Assembly: GCA_046725875.1 (NCBI GenBank)
Contig: JBKOZJ010000009.1
Location: 1-58,684, forward strand
Direction of reading: 5' to 3'
Source of the DNA: Actinomycetota bacterium
GTDB taxonomy: Bacteria; Actinomycetota; Actinomycetes; JAKEEW01
DNA: 58,684 bases
Below the pieces are notes generated by a model, which saw nothing but the letters and a program-made list of their open reading frames with translations, made no database searches and was not told the origin of the DNA. Below, piece after piece: positions 28,344-38,869 of this stretch (positions are counted from its first letter, which is position 1; each line of letters opens with the position of its first letter). Both the position numbers and the translations under genes were made by a program.

Positions 28344-29066
28344 CTATCGGCCGGCGGTTACCGTCGATTCTCGACCGTGGCGGCCAATCCAATGCCAGGA
28401 CCCGACCCGTACTGAAACGCCGTCGGCATGGTGCACGAGCGGATCGCCGACCCGTCGGGGAAGGCCGGCGGCGACGACGAGGTCGTCGGCCAGCTCGATG
28501 GCGGACGCGGCCCGCAGCGGCCAGGGTGGATGCTCGGCGGTCGCACTCGCGAGACGACCGCCGATGACTGTGTAAAGCCGATGGCGCTCGGTTAGCCAGT
28601 GGTCGAGCTCGGGGGCTGCGGACAGCCGCGGCCCGACCTCGACGGTGAGGCGGCTGGCCGGGCCGGACCGGCCGGGCCAGCGGCGGTGGCTCCGGTACGC
28701 AACCCGGCGGTCGGCTCGGCTCACGCTCATCGCGGACCAGTAGTACGGCAGCCCGTAGGTGAGCCGCGCAGAGATCACGGCGGCCAACCGCGCCGCGTCG
28801 AGTGATAGGAACCAGATCCCGGTGCGGCCGTCCGGTCCGCGCACGTAAGTTCGTACATTCGTCTCGGGGAAGTGCGACAGCCAGGGCATCGCCGGCACGC
28901 CGGGTGCGCGAACCTCCATCGCGAACGGAACCAGCCCGACCCACGCGGCACCGTCGAAGGTCTCCACGGCCAGCCCGGCCGGGAGTAGTCGAGACACTGT
29001 CGCAGGGTCGTAGCGCCAATGAAGGAACGTCACCGTCCGCCACTCGTGCAGCATGACCGTCGCCAC
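28344..29066 (-). CDS. YqjF/DUF2071 family protein
   Basis: W..VTFLHWRYDP, FDGAAWVGLVPF, FPETNVRTYV, GIWFLSLDA, WLTER, HPPWPL. Confidence 0.88.
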   Translation of the reverse strand: MATVMLHEWRTVTFLHWRYDPATVSRLLPAGLAVETFDGAAWVGLVPFAMEVRAPGVPAMPWLSHFPETNVRTYVRGPDGRTGIWFLSLDAARLAAVISARLTYGLPYYWSAMSVSRADRRVAYRSHRRWPGRSGPASRLTVEVGPRLSAAPELDHWLTERHRLYTVIGGRLASATAEHPPWPLRAASAIELADDLVVAAGLPRRVGDPLVHHADGVSVRVGSWHWIGRHGRESTVTAGR

Positions 29067-29083
29067 TACGAACCATCCTCAGC

Positions 29084-29785
29084 TCAACGCCAACGGCTGA
29101 GCACGCCATCGACGGTCCCGGCGACGGCCTCGCGCGCGGCATCACGGCCGAGGCCGGCCATGAGAAGCTCATCGTAGTCCGTGTCCTCATGCCTGATGGA
29201 CGCAATTACGGCAGCTGTGATCGCGCCCGGGTCGAGCGCACGCCCGGCGGCGCTTCGGCCAACGCGGGCGCTCCCCCGGACCGAGGTGTGTGCTGCAATT
29301 CGCTCCGCTCGATCGGATGGGCAGCCAGGGAACAGCCGCTGGATCTCCACGGCCACCAGCCTGGTGAGCTCCACATCTTCCCAGGCCCGTCGCTTTGCGG
29401 AGCGTTCTCGCTGGCGACGTCGCACGTCGTCGTCGGTGAGGCATTGCGCCTCGGCACGCGCCAACGCATCCTCTTCGACGAGCATCCCTTGGCGTTCGTA
29501 GCGCTTGCGAGTACGGCTCCACCGGACCACAACCGCGGAGAGCGCCGACTCCTTGCGGGCACGCCGGCTGAGCGCGACGTCGCCGCGCGGCAGGTAGACC
29601 AGGTGGTCGAGGTCTGCACAGGCGAGGCATACCGGCCCCGAGCCGTCCATGACGAGCAGGTCGCCGGTCCCACCGCAGTGCCAGCACGTCCAATCGTCGT
29701 TACGGGGCCAGAACGCGACGAGGTCGGATCGGGCGGCACTCTCGCCCTGCGTTGTCACGCTGTTCCTTTTACCGCGTTGCGCCAT
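29084..29785 (-). CDS. DUF2293 domain protein with an N-terminal CxxC...CxxC
   Basis: WSRTRKRYERQG, LFPGCP, RVGRSAAGR, ASIRHEDTDYDELL. Confidence 0.85.
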   Translation of the reverse strand: MAQRGKRNSVTTQGESAARSDLVAFWPRNDDWTCWHCGGTGDLLVMDGSGPVCLACADLDHLVYLPRGDVALSRRARKESALSAVVVRWSRTRKRYERQGMLVEEDALARAEAQCLTDDDVRRRQRERSAKRRAWEDVELTRLVAVEIQRLFPGCPSDRAERIAAHTSVRGSARVGRSAAGRALDPGAITAAVIASIRHEDTDYDELLMAGLGRDAAREAVAGTVDGVLSRWR

Positions 29786-29801
29786 GAAAGGATCGTGCAG
29801 C

Positions 29802-30001
29802 GTGGTGGCGGCCCTGGTCTACCTCGAGGTTGGTTCGAAGCGGGTATTCGCGTGCTCGGTCGATTGGCCGGGATGGTGCCGATCCGGGCGGACGGAGGAG
29901 CTCGCGCTGGAGACGTTCGCGTCGTACGTAACGCGTTACGCGCCGGTAGTCGCCCGGGCCGGCGTCGACTTCCCGCTGGGCACACCCGGGCGCGGTCGGC
30001 A
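29802..30001 (+). pseudogene. 5' fragment of a conserved actinobacterial hypothetical gene
   Basis: VYLEVGSKRVFACSVDWPGWCRSGRTEELAL...YAPV looks like a real protein start, then runs antisense into the 3' end of the NmrA gene. Confidence 0.55.
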
Positions 30002-30877
30002 TTACTGGCCGGCCGCGATCTCAGCCGCCCGCGCCCCGTGCTCGGCGAGCACTTCGCGGAGGGTCGCCGGTGCCCGTCCCGTGAGCCGGCGAACTTCGTC
30101 GGTGACGACGTCCCAGCGTTGCTCCCTGATGGAGTCGAACATCGTCGAGAAGGCGTACATCCACCAAGGGTCGACCGCGGCGGCCGCCATCGACCTGCAG
30201 TACTCGCCGGGCGAAATATCGACATATCGCACCGGCGCTTGCCACCCCTGCTCGGCGAGGGCTGCGATCGCCGGCAGATCCAGCGACTCGGGGCCGGTCA
30301 CTCCGCGGCATCGACCCGTGGGCGGCGCCATAGCCAGCGCGGCGAGGCAGCGGCCGACGTCGGCACGGGAGACGAGCGAGACGCGGCCATCGCCGGCGGG
30401 AAGACGTATCTGACCGTCGTCTCGTCCAACCGGACCTATGAGCTCGAGGAAAAACTCGGTGAAGATCGACGCCCGGACGACGGAGAACGGACACCCACTC
30501 TCGACGACCATCTGTTCGGTCCGGCCATTCGTCACGGCGTAACAGAACGGCGAATCGATGTCGGCGTCGATGCTGCTCAGCGCCACGATGTGCGTAATGC
30601 CGGTATCCGCGGCGGCGCGAACGACGTTCTGATGGTGTAGCAGGAGCTTGACTGCGTCCCCGTCGCTTGACACGAAGACCAGCGTGTCCACGTTGCGCAG
30701 CGCCGCCTGAAGCGCTGGCAGATCACGGTAGTCCGCCTCGATGCCGGTCACATGGCCTGACGGCCACTCGATCTTGCGGCGGGATAGCGCGACAACGTGG
30801 TGATCGGTCTCGGCCGCCAGGAGGTGGACCACCTGTCCACCGAGGCGTCCGCTCGCCCCAGTGACCGCGATCCTCAC
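30002..30877 (-). CDS. NmrA-like NAD(P)H-binding oxidoreductase
   Basis: IAVTGASGRLG Rossmann motif, GDGRVSLVSRADV, TGPESL. Confidence 0.9.
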   Translation of the reverse strand: MRIAVTGASGRLGGQVVHLLAAETDHHVVALSRRKIEWPSGHVTGIEADYRDLPALQAALRNVDTLVFVSSDGDAVKLLLHHQNVVRAAADTGITHIVALSSIDADIDSPFCYAVTNGRTEQMVVESGCPFSVVRASIFTEFFLELIGPVGRDDGQIRLPAGDGRVSLVSRADVGRCLAALAMAPPTGRCRGVTGPESLDLPAIAALAEQGWQAPVRYVDISPGEYCRSMAAAAVDPWWMYAFSTMFDSIREQRWDVVTDEVRRLTGRAPATLREVLAEHGARAAEIAAGQ

Positions 30878-30973
30878 CCCAAGCCTCCTTCTTGCCTGGT
30901 TCGATGGTGCCTAATCGGTGCGCACTCCGGTCCAATTGGGAAGACGACCGGGTCGGCTGCCATTCTCGTGACG

Positions 30974-31822
30974 ATGAGGGAACTCTCGGAGCAGACGATA
31001 CTGATCACCGGCTCGACGGACGGACTCGGCCAGTATCTGGCTCGTGAAGTCGCCCGAGCCGGAGCCCAGGTGATCGTTCACGGCCGGAACGCTGCCCGAG
31101 CAAAGTCAGTACGAGACGACATCGTGGCGAGTGGCGACGCTCGCGTCGACGTACTCCTTGCCGACCTTGCGGACCTCGATCAGGTCGCCCGGCTCGCCGA
31201 CCGGGTCGCGCAGCGCTACTCACGGGTGGACGTCCTGGTCAACAACGCCGGGATCGGCGGTACGAGCGGCGGCCGGCAGCGGCGAGAGGTGAGCGCGAAC
31301 GGCATCGAGCTGCGCTTCGCCGTGAACTACCTGGCTGGATACCTTCTGACCCACCGCCTGTTGCCGTTGCTCGTCGACTCGGCGCCGGCCCGCATCGTCA
31401 ATGTGTCATCGCTCGGGCAGCGCGCAATCGACTTCTCCGATCCCATGCTGGAACGGCGATACGACGGCGGGACCGCTTACGCCCAGAGCAAGCTCGCCCA
31501 GATCATGTTCACTTTCGATCTTGCCGAGGATCTGAGCCGCAGAGATGTCACCGTAAACGCCATACACCCAGCCACCTACATGAACACCACCATGGTGCGT
31601 ACTGCTGGGATCGCACCGTGGAGCACCGTCGAGGAGGGCGGCGGGGCAACGCTCCGACTCATGGCCAACCCGGCGCTTGACGGAGTGACCGGACGCTTCT
31701 TCGACGGCACTCAAGAGTCTCGGACCGATCCCCAGGCGTACGACCCCGCGGCGCGCCGGCGACTGCGCGAGCTGAGCGACGGACTGATCGCATCTGCGGG
31801 GATTGGCTCACCCACTGGCTGA
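30974..31822 (+). CDS. Short-chain dehydrogenase/reductase
   Basis: ITGSTDGLG, LVNNAG, NVSS, YAQSK. Confidence 0.92.
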   Translation: MRELSEQTILITGSTDGLGQYLAREVARAGAQVIVHGRNAARAKSVRDDIVASGDARVDVLLADLADLDQVARLADRVAQRYSRVDVLVNNAGIGGTSGGRQRREVSANGIELRFAVNYLAGYLLTHRLLPLLVDSAPARIVNVSSLGQRAIDFSDPMLERRYDGGTAYAQSKLAQIMFTFDLAEDLSRRDVTVNAIHPATYMNTTMVRTAGIAPWSTVEEGGGATLRLMANPALDGVTGRFFDGTQESRTDPQAYDPAARRRLRELSDGLIASAGIGSPTG

Positions 31823-31855
31823 TTGGCGCAACCGCACCGCGACCCAGGGGCGGGT

Positions 31856-33004
31856 TTAGCCGACCTTTGTGTCCGGTGCCCCGAATTCACGTATCAAACG
31901 CTGCCAGAAACCGTCCCGCAGCCGTGCCCGCGCCTCCGGGTAGGGACGCAGCGAGCGGCGGATCTCCTGTTCCGCCGCGACCAGCAGCTCCTTGTCGACG
32001 ACGGAGGGCAGGAAGGGCCCCGGAAGCAGGTCGGCCAAGAACTCGCGACCGCGGGTCAGCAGCCACTTGTTCGCAATGTGCTCGCCGACGTCCACGATCT
32101 CATCGAGGTCGATCGGCGTCTTCGACATGAGCTGCGGGCGGACCAGCGGCCGTGCCGTCGCCACCGCCGCGACCGTGGCTGGGGACGGCGTACGAAGGTC
32201 TGACCCGTCCGGATGGCCGGCGTCGTCGGAGTGGGCAGCGTCGGCCGCATGCTCAGGGTGGGTCGCACCTTCTGCTGTAGCGATACCCTCCTCCGCCGAG
32301 ACCGTCGCGAACTCTGCCGTGGTGGCCGTCGCGAACTCGCCGGTGGCGGCGGCCGCGATGGCGGCCTTGTCGTGGTCGCTGAGATCCCGCCCGGGTCCCC
32401 CCAGAAAGTCGCCAGTGCGTACGTGCCGGCGCTCGGTCACCGTCACCATTCCATTGAAGAAGCTGGCGGCGAGCTCGTCGGTTGTGTCAGCCTCCCAAAT
32501 CAGCCGCTCCGCCTGGTTCGTGCCATACCGCGGCTCCACACCCCACACGTGTACGCGAACGCCATACGCCTGCGCGTCCTCCACGCCCGGCACCATGTCC
32601 TCGTCGCCGGCAACCAAGATGATGTCGCTCACGGCCCGGTGCCGGGCAAGCGCGACGATGTCCGTTCTGATCAGGGCATCCACGCCCTTCTGGGCGCCAT
32701 ACCGGTTCAGGTTGCCGAGCCGCACCTTAACGTGGGGAAAGGCAGCGATCTGGCGCTGCTCCACGGTCGGCACCCGGTCGCGGGCGGCGTCGAACCAATA
32801 GAGCCGAAGCAGCCCCTCACCCAGCGACCGCTGCGCCTTAGTGAGCAGAGCATCGACAAGGCGCGCGGAGTCGATCCGGAAGTCCGTCCGATTGGGGGTG
32901 CCGAGCATCACGTCACCGGCCGCGGCCACCAGATATCCAGCGTCAACAAAGATCGCATAGGACCCGGTCGGCACCTGAACCGGGCCGTCGTCGAACTCGC
33001 TCAT
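31856..33004 (-). CDS. NYN (LabA/DUF88) domain protein
   Basis: FVDAGY, QKGVD, AGDEDM acidic PIN-like motifs; low-complexity linker and helical C-terminal domain. Confidence 0.88.
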   Translation of the reverse strand: MSEFDDGPVQVPTGSYAIFVDAGYLVAAAGDVMLGTPNRTDFRIDSARLVDALLTKAQRSLGEGLLRLYWFDAARDRVPTVEQRQIAAFPHVKVRLGNLNRYGAQKGVDALIRTDIVALARHRAVSDIILVAGDEDMVPGVEDAQAYGVRVHVWGVEPRYGTNQAERLIWEADTTDELAASFFNGMVTVTERRHVRTGDFLGGPGRDLSDHDKAAIAAAATGEFATATTAEFATVSAEEGIATAEGATHPEHAADAAHSDDAGHPDGSDLRTPSPATVAAVATARPLVRPQLMSKTPIDLDEIVDVGEHIANKWLLTRGREFLADLLPGPFLPSVVDKELLVAAEQEIRRSLRPYPEARARLRDGFWQRLIREFGAPDTKVG

Positions 33005-33058
33005 AACCTCCTGAGCCTAGTGCTCGGCCCAGGAGCATCGCCGTTTGCGACCCGCGTC

Positions 33059-33325
33059 TTATCGGATCGCGAAGCCTGCGATGCTCTCGGGGCTCTCGGC
33101 AATGGTCTCGATGCGCTCGACGATCGCATGGCGCGGTCCCTGCCGGGCCCATGTCACCATCCGTTCGACGGCGCCCGGTGTGCCCTCGAAGACCGCTTCG
33201 ACCGTGCCGTCCGGCCGGTTCCGCACCCAGCCGGCGACACCGTGCTGTTGGGCGAGCCGCCGGCACGTGTCGCGATAGAAGACGCCCTGCACGAGTCCGT
33301 ACACGATCACTCGCCTGCGTACCAC
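33059..33325 (-). CDS. acyP: Acylphosphatase
   Basis: [23 protein letters not shown]. Confidence 0.92.
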   Translation of the reverse strand: MVRRRVIVYGLVQGVFYRDTCRRLAQQHGVAGWVRNRPDGTVEAVFEGTPGAVERMVTWARQGPRHAIVERIETIAESPESIAGFAIR

Positions 33326-33475
33326 AACCCGCAAACTAGCCCGCTCGTCCAAGCAGCACTCGCAAGATCGGCAAACCTCCGCTCCGCGGCCCTGCGCTCG
33401 CCCAACCGGCTCCGAAACCGCCGCTCTGTGGGTTGCGTCATTGAACGTTCACATTCGGCCGTCATTCTTGTAGGT

Positions 33476-35566
33476 ATGAGCGCCGAGGCGATTAGGGAAG
33501 AGCCGGCCATCCACGCCCGCGTCCTTCCGGGCGACCGTTTCCTCGACCGTGAGGAGAGCTGGCTGCGCTTCAACCAGCGGGTGCTCGAGCTTGCCGAGGA
33601 CCGGTCCGTCCCGCTGCTGGAGCGGGTCAAGTTCCTGGCCATCTTCTCCAGCAACCTCGACGAGTTCTTCATGGTGCGGGTGGCCGGCCTGCGCCGCCGG
33701 ATGGCCACCGGACTAGCGATCCAGAGCACCGGCGGCCGCGCACCACGCGAGGAGCTGGCCCGGATCAACGCGACGACCCGGGCGCTCATGGTTCGCCAGT
33801 CCGAGGTATTCAGCTCGACGATTCTCCCGGAGCTCGCTCGCCAAGGCATCGAGATCCTGCGCTGGGACGAGCTCGTCCCTGCTGAGCAGCACCGCTTGCA
33901 TGAGATGTTCCGGACCCGGATCTATCCGGTCTTGACGCCGCTTGCGGTCGACCCGGCGCATCCGTTCCCGTACATCTCGGGACTCTCGCTCAACCTTGCG
34001 GTCGTCGCCAAGGACCCGGAGACCGGTGGCAGCGTATTCGCGCGGGTCAAGATCCCACCGGTGCTGCCGCGTTTCGTCGAGGCTAGTGCGGAACGGTTTG
34101 TCCCGCTGGAGGACGTCGTCGCGGCCCACCTCGACCAGCTCTTCGAGGGGATGGAGGTAGTCGAGCATTACGCGTTCCGGGTTACGAGGAACGAGGACCT
34201 CGAGGTTGACGAGGACATCACCGAGGACCTGCTGCAAGCACTCGAACGCGAGCTTCTGCGCCGCCGGTTCGGGCCGTCGGTCCGGCTCGAGGTCGAGGAC
34301 TCGGTGTCCGCCGAGGTTTTGGCCCGCCTGGTCGGCGAGCTCGGGATGGACGACTCGGAGATCATCCGGTTGCCTGGCCCGCTCGACCTGGCCGGACTGT
34401 ACGCCTTTGCCGACCTGGACCGTCCGGAGCTGAGGTATCCGATCTTCGTACCGGCCGAGGTGCCGCCGACGTCCGACGCGGACATCTTCGCGGTTCTGCG
34501 CCGTGGCGACGTCCTCGTGCATCATCCGTACGACTCCTTCACCACCAGCGTTCAGCGGTTGCTCGAGGAGGCCGCCGCCGACCCGGATGTCCTCGCGATC
34601 AAGCAAACGCTCTACCGCACCAGCGGCGAGTCTCCGATCGTCGACGCGCTCATCGATGCCGCGGAGGCCGGCAAGCAGGTCGTGGTCGTCGTCGAGATCA
34701 AGGCCCGCTTCGACGAGCAGGCAAACATCGGCTGGGCCCGCAAGCTGGAACAGGCCGGCTGCCATGTCGTCTACGGCTTTATCAGGCTCAAGACCCACTG
34801 CAAGCTGGCGCTCGTGGTCCGGCAGGAGGGCGGCGGGCTGCGCCGCTACTGCCACATCGGGACGGGAAATTACAACCCCAAGACGGCCCGACTCTATGAG
34901 GACATCGGCCTGCTCACCGCGGACGAGGATGTCGGCGCTGACCTTACGGACCTCTTCAACCTCCTTACCGGATACTCGCGCCACAGCTCGTACCGCCGGC
35001 TGCTCGTTGCCCCCCGCTCGATCCGCAGCGGGCTCGTGGAACGGATCGAGCGGGAGATAGCGCTCGCCGCCGAGGGTCGAGAGACCGGAATCAAGATCAA
35101 AGTAAATGCGTTGGTGGACGAGGTCTTGATCGACGCGCTCTACCGCGCCTCTCTTGTGGGCGTTCCGGTGGATCTTTGTGTACGGGGGATATGTTCGCTG
35201 CGGCCTGGCCTACCGGATCTGTCGCCCACCATCACGGTGCGCAGCATTCTCGGTCGTTTTCTCGAACACTCGCGGGTCTTCGTATTCGCCAACGCTGGAA
35301 CGCCGGAGGTGTGGATCGGATCAGCCGACCTGATGCATCGAAACCTCGACCGGAGGGTCGAGACATTGGTTCAGGTAACCGACCCGGCGCACGTGGCGGA
35401 CCTCGTAGGGTTGATGGAGGGGGTGACCTCGGACCGGGTCTCGTCGTGGCGGTTGGGCCCGGACGGTCAGTGGAGCCGCGCCGTGGTCGGCCCGGACGGC
35501 GCCGAATTGGTGGACGTGCAGCGGCAGCTGCTCAGCTCGCGGCGATGGAGGACGGTCGATGGCTGA
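33476..35566 (+). CDS. ppk1: Polyphosphate kinase 1
   Basis: [65 protein letters not shown]; start at ATG 33476. Confidence 0.97.
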   Translation: MSAEAIREEPAIHARVLPGDRFLDREESWLRFNQRVLELAEDRSVPLLERVKFLAIFSSNLDEFFMVRVAGLRRRMATGLAIQSTGGRAPREELARINATTRALMVRQSEVFSSTILPELARQGIEILRWDELVPAEQHRLHEMFRTRIYPVLTPLAVDPAHPFPYISGLSLNLAVVAKDPETGGSVFARVKIPPVLPRFVEASAERFVPLEDVVAAHLDQLFEGMEVVEHYAFRVTRNEDLEVDEDITEDLLQALERELLRRRFGPSVRLEVEDSVSAEVLARLVGELGMDDSEIIRLPGPLDLAGLYAFADLDRPELRYPIFVPAEVPPTSDADIFAVLRRGDVLVHHPYDSFTTSVQRLLEEAAADPDVLAIKQTLYRTSGESPIVDALIDAAEAGKQVVVVVEIKARFDEQANIGWARKLEQAGCHVVYGFIRLKTHCKLALVVRQEGGGLRRYCHIGTGNYNPKTARLYEDIGLLTADEDVGADLTDLFNLLTGYSRHSSYRRLLVAPRSIRSGLVERIEREIALAAEGRETGIKIKVNALVDEVLIDALYRASLVGVPVDLCVRGICSLRPGLPDLSPTITVRSILGRFLEHSRVFVFANAGTPEVWIGSADLMHRNLDRRVETLVQVTDPAHVADLVGLMEGVTSDRVSSWRLGPDGQWSRAVVGPDGAELVDVQRQLLSSRRWRTVDG

Positions 35567-36500
35567 CGAGGTGATCCTCGCCGCCGGTGCAGTCGTCATA
35601 CGTGGTCCCGGTGACGAGTCCGAGGTCCTGCTCGTGCACCGCCCGAAGTACGACGACTGGACCCTGCCGAAGGGCAAGGCGCTTCCCGATGAGCCGCTCC
35701 CGCTCGCTGCGGTACGGGAGGTCGCCGAGGAGACCGGCCTCGCGGTGACCCTCGGTCGCTCGCTGCCCCCGCAGGGCTACCTAAAGGGCGGGCGGCCCAA
35801 GCGGGTCGACTACTGGGTCGCGACCGCGGCCGATGAAACCGCTCCGGGCTATCCCGAGGAGCCGGCCGGCCGGGCCGCCGAGCCAGGTTCGGGTCCGCCG
35901 AAGCCGCCCGCCTTCGTGCCGACCGACGAGGTCGACGAGGCCCGGTGGCTGCCGTTGGAGGACGCGCAGAACCGGCTTACCTATCCGCGCGACGCCGAGC
36001 TTCTCGACGCGCTTTTCGACGCTCCGAGGGCCACCACCCCCTACATCTTCCTCAGGCACGGCCAAGCGGGCTCGTCTTCCGCCTGGCGGGGTAACGACGC
36101 AAAGCGCCCGCTCGACGAGACGGGTGTGCGGCAGGCGGCGCTGCTTGCGGACGCGCTGGCCTGCTACGGCCCCGGACGGGTATTGAGCTCACCGACGAAA
36201 CGCTGTGTCCAGACGGTAGCGCCCTATGCGGCCCACATGGGCGTCCCGGTAGAACGTGAGCCCGCGCTCGCCGTCGATGCGCCGTACGACGAGGCAGTAG
36301 ACCGGATGCGGGAGTTGCTCAGCACCGAATCGGCGGTGATCTTGTGCGGTCATGGCGAGGGCCTGCCGGCGTTGGTCGCCTGGTCATGTGCCGTGTTGGG
36401 TGCCGCACCGCCGGTCGATCCGACCCTCCGGAAGGGAGCCTTCTGGGTCCTGCACCTCGCCAAGGGTGACGTCGTCGACGTCGAATACCACGAGGTGTGA
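35559..36500 (+). CDS. mutT1: NUDIX hydrolase fused to a histidine-phosphatase domain (MutT1-like)
   Basis: [25 protein letters not shown]; overlaps the ppk1 stop. Confidence 0.88.
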   Translation: MADEVILAAGAVVIRGPGDESEVLLVHRPKYDDWTLPKGKALPDEPLPLAAVREVAEETGLAVTLGRSLPPQGYLKGGRPKRVDYWVATAADETAPGYPEEPAGRAAEPGSGPPKPPAFVPTDEVDEARWLPLEDAQNRLTYPRDAELLDALFDAPRATTPYIFLRHGQAGSSSAWRGNDAKRPLDETGVRQAALLADALACYGPGRVLSSPTKRCVQTVAPYAAHMGVPVEREPALAVDAPYDEAVDRMRELLSTESAVILCGHGEGLPALVAWSCAVLGAAPPVDPTLRKGAFWVLHLAKGDVVDVEYHEV

Positions 36501-36571
36501 GCCGCCGTCCGATCCGAATACTGCCGCACTACTCGTGGGAACGGCGGTGCGCGATCTCGTAGCCTGGCGGA

Positions 36572-37105
36572 ATGATCGACCAGCTGGAGCGAGTGTCCGC
36601 CCTGTCCCGACCGGATCTGCTTGCACCCCCCGTGGCCGCTGCGCTCGAAGCGTGGAACGGACCGGCCGACGTCGTCGAGGTAACCGCGATCGACCCCGCG
36701 CTGGCCGACACCGCTGCCTTCTGCGACCGCTATGGCGTCGCCCCCACCGAGTCAGCGAACTGCGTTGTCGTCGCGGCCAAGCGCACGGGCGAGCAGCGGC
36801 TGGCCGCGTGCGTGGTGCTGGCCAGTACGCGCGCCGACGTGAACGGGCTGGTCCGCCGCCACCTCGGCGCCCGCAAGGCGTCCTTCGCGCCGATGGAGCT
36901 GGTCGTGGCCGAGACCGGGATGGAGTACGGCGGGATCACGCCGGTCGGCCTCCCGGAAACGTGGCCGCTGCTCGTGGACGCCCAGGTCATCGCCACCGAC
37001 CGGGTAATCGTCGGTTCCGGCATTCGCGCCTCGAAGCTCGTGCTCCCGGGCGCTGCACTTGCCGCGTTGCCGAAGGCGGAGGTGCTGCAGTCGCTTGGCG
37101 TTTGA
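36572..37105 (+). CDS. YbaK/EbsC family tRNA deacylase-like protein
   Basis: SANCVVVA, RADVN, TGMEYGGITPVG, GSGIRASK. Confidence 0.9.
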   Translation: MIDQLERVSALSRPDLLAPPVAAALEAWNGPADVVEVTAIDPALADTAAFCDRYGVAPTESANCVVVAAKRTGEQRLAACVVLASTRADVNGLVRRHLGARKASFAPMELVVAETGMEYGGITPVGLPETWPLLVDAQVIATDRVIVGSGIRASKLVLPGAALAALPKAEVLQSLGV

Positions 37106-37112
37106 GGCTTCA

Positions 37113-38621
37113 TCAATGAGCTTCCGGCTCATTGGCCGGGTGCAAAGCTGGATCGTCGCTGGGGACTGTGCGGATTGGACCGGGACCGCTGTCGCGGGTC
37201 TCGAAACGGATCGTGACAAGCCCGCGTTTCGACCCCCACACCCACCCCTGCCCGTGCAGATCGTGAAAGACATCCCGACCCGGCAGCCACTCGCCCGTTG
37301 ACAGGGGAGACGACCCCGTTGGAGCCTCATGATTTGATCGGCGGAATGGCGCACCCGCAGCCTCCTGATCGGCCGCCGGAGCGTCCGCGGCGACCCGCAG
37401 CGCCTGTGGTCCGGCGGAGGTAGCGCCGGGGCTCGTCGCCGGAACTGCGGCCCAGCTCTCGCCGGCCACCGCCTGGTTTGGCGCGGGCGGAAGATCGGTG
37501 GTTGCGTGCGATGAGCCCGGCGCGTCCCCCACCCCGGAATCGTCGGGCAGCGCCTCGAAAAGATCACCCTGCACCCAATCCGTGAGGGCGGAGATTCCGA
37601 CGCCCAGCAGGCGAACGCCGCTGCTGACGTCCACCTCACCGAGCAGGCGCCGGGCCACCCGACCGATCGTCCGTTCGCTGTCCGTCGGACCGGGGAGGGT
37701 GTACGAGCGGGACAGGGTGGTGAAGTCGTGCAACCGCACCTTTATGGTGACCGTGCGACCGGACAGACCCTCCCGAACGAGCCGGCGGACCACGCGGGAG
37801 GTGAGGATCGCCAGGATCGAGGCAAGCCTGGCCGGTTCCGCGATGTCGTGATCGAAGGTGTCCTCGACGCTCACCGACTTCGACTCTCGCTCAGCCACCA
37901 CGGGCCGATCGTCCTCGGCGCGGGCCAGCCGGTAGAGGTGCGCGCCGAGCGACTGGCCGACAATCCTGGTCAGCTCGTCCTGCGAGACGCGCTCGAGCTC
38001 CCCGATCAGATTCAGGCCCGCCCGATTGAGGCGCGCGGCGGTCGCCGGCCCGACTCCCCAAAGCTTGGTAACCGGCAGCGGGCGGAGCAGGTCGAGTTCG
38101 GTGCCCGGTTCGACGACCCGTAGCCCGTCAGGCTTGTCCAGGTCGCTGCTGAGCTTGGCGACGAACTTCGAGGAGCCGGCCCCGACCGAAGCGGTGAGCG
38201 CCGTCGCGTTCCTGATCGCGGCCTTTAGCCGGGCGCCGATCTCCCGGACACGCTCGGCCGAAAACCCCGCCCTCGGCGCTCCGGCCGCCAGGTCCACGAA
38301 CGCTTCATCCAGGGAAAGCGGCTCGAGGATCGGAGAGAGTCGCCGCAGCTCCTCCATGACCAGCTTGCTCGCCCGCGCGTATGCGGCGAATCGCGGGTAG
38401 AGGAAGGCGGCGTGCGGGCAGCGGGACCGGGCCTCGCGGGTCGGCATCGCCGAGTGCACTCCGAACGCTCGCGCCTCATAACTAGCCGTTGCCACCACGC
38501 CACGCGGGCCTAGGCCGCCGACCACCACGGGCTTGCCGCGCAGAGATGGCTTATCCCGCTGCTCGACCGCGGCGAAGAACGCGTCGAGATCCACGTGCAG
38601 GATGCTCGGCTCGCTGCGCAC
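37113..38621 (-). CDS. dinB: DNA polymerase IV (Y family) with C-terminal extension
   Basis: LHVDLDAFFAAVE, SYEAR, SLDEAF, DKPDG, clamp motif QGDLF; GTG start at 38621. Confidence 0.96.
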   Translation of the reverse strand: MRSEPSILHVDLDAFFAAVEQRDKPSLRGKPVVVGGLGPRGVVATASYEARAFGVHSAMPTREARSRCPHAAFLYPRFAAYARASKLVMEELRRLSPILEPLSLDEAFVDLAAGAPRAGFSAERVREIGARLKAAIRNATALTASVGAGSSKFVAKLSSDLDKPDGLRVVEPGTELDLLRPLPVTKLWGVGPATAARLNRAGLNLIGELERVSQDELTRIVGQSLGAHLYRLARAEDDRPVVAERESKSVSVEDTFDHDIAEPARLASILAILTSRVVRRLVREGLSGRTVTIKVRLHDFTTLSRSYTLPGPTDSERTIGRVARRLLGEVDVSSGVRLLGVGISALTDWVQGDLFEALPDDSGVGDAPGSSHATTDLPPAPNQAVAGESWAAVPATSPGATSAGPQALRVAADAPAADQEAAGAPFRRSNHEAPTGSSPLSTGEWLPGRDVFHDLHGQGWVWGSKRGLVTIRFETRDSGPGPIRTVPSDDPALHPANEPEAH

Positions 38622-38627
38622 AGGCTC

Positions 38628-38649
38628 ATCGTCGCAGGCAGGACCGACA
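38628..38649 (-). promoter_or_regulatory. PafBC-type promoter of dinB, leaderless
   Basis: Minus strand TGTCGG-tcctgcctgc-GACGAT-gagcct-GTG. Confidence 0.7.
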
Positions 38650-38869
38650 TCCGGCGTGCACAGCAGCCGAACGCTGACAGTGGACACGCGCACCTACCGG
38701 GAGCGGTCGAGGAGCTGAAATACGGTGGCCACCTTGGCAGCGCCTCCGAGAACTACCGCGTCCAACACCGCTGGCTCAGCGCGGACACGGGTCTTCGGCC
38801 GGGACCCATGATGCGATCGACGGACTCGCGGGGGATCGGCCCCGCCGGGGCCGCTCCCCCAGCACAAGG

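Noticed and set aside
32299..32350. Short duplication CCGTCGCGAACTC in the NYN gene (EFAT x2)
   Set aside because: Two-copy repeat inside a low-complexity linker
32213..33475. 1117-aa Ppk1 with a giant N-terminal domain
   Set aside because: The extension is the antisense shadow of the NYN and acylphosphatase genes; Ppk1 similarity starts near 33476
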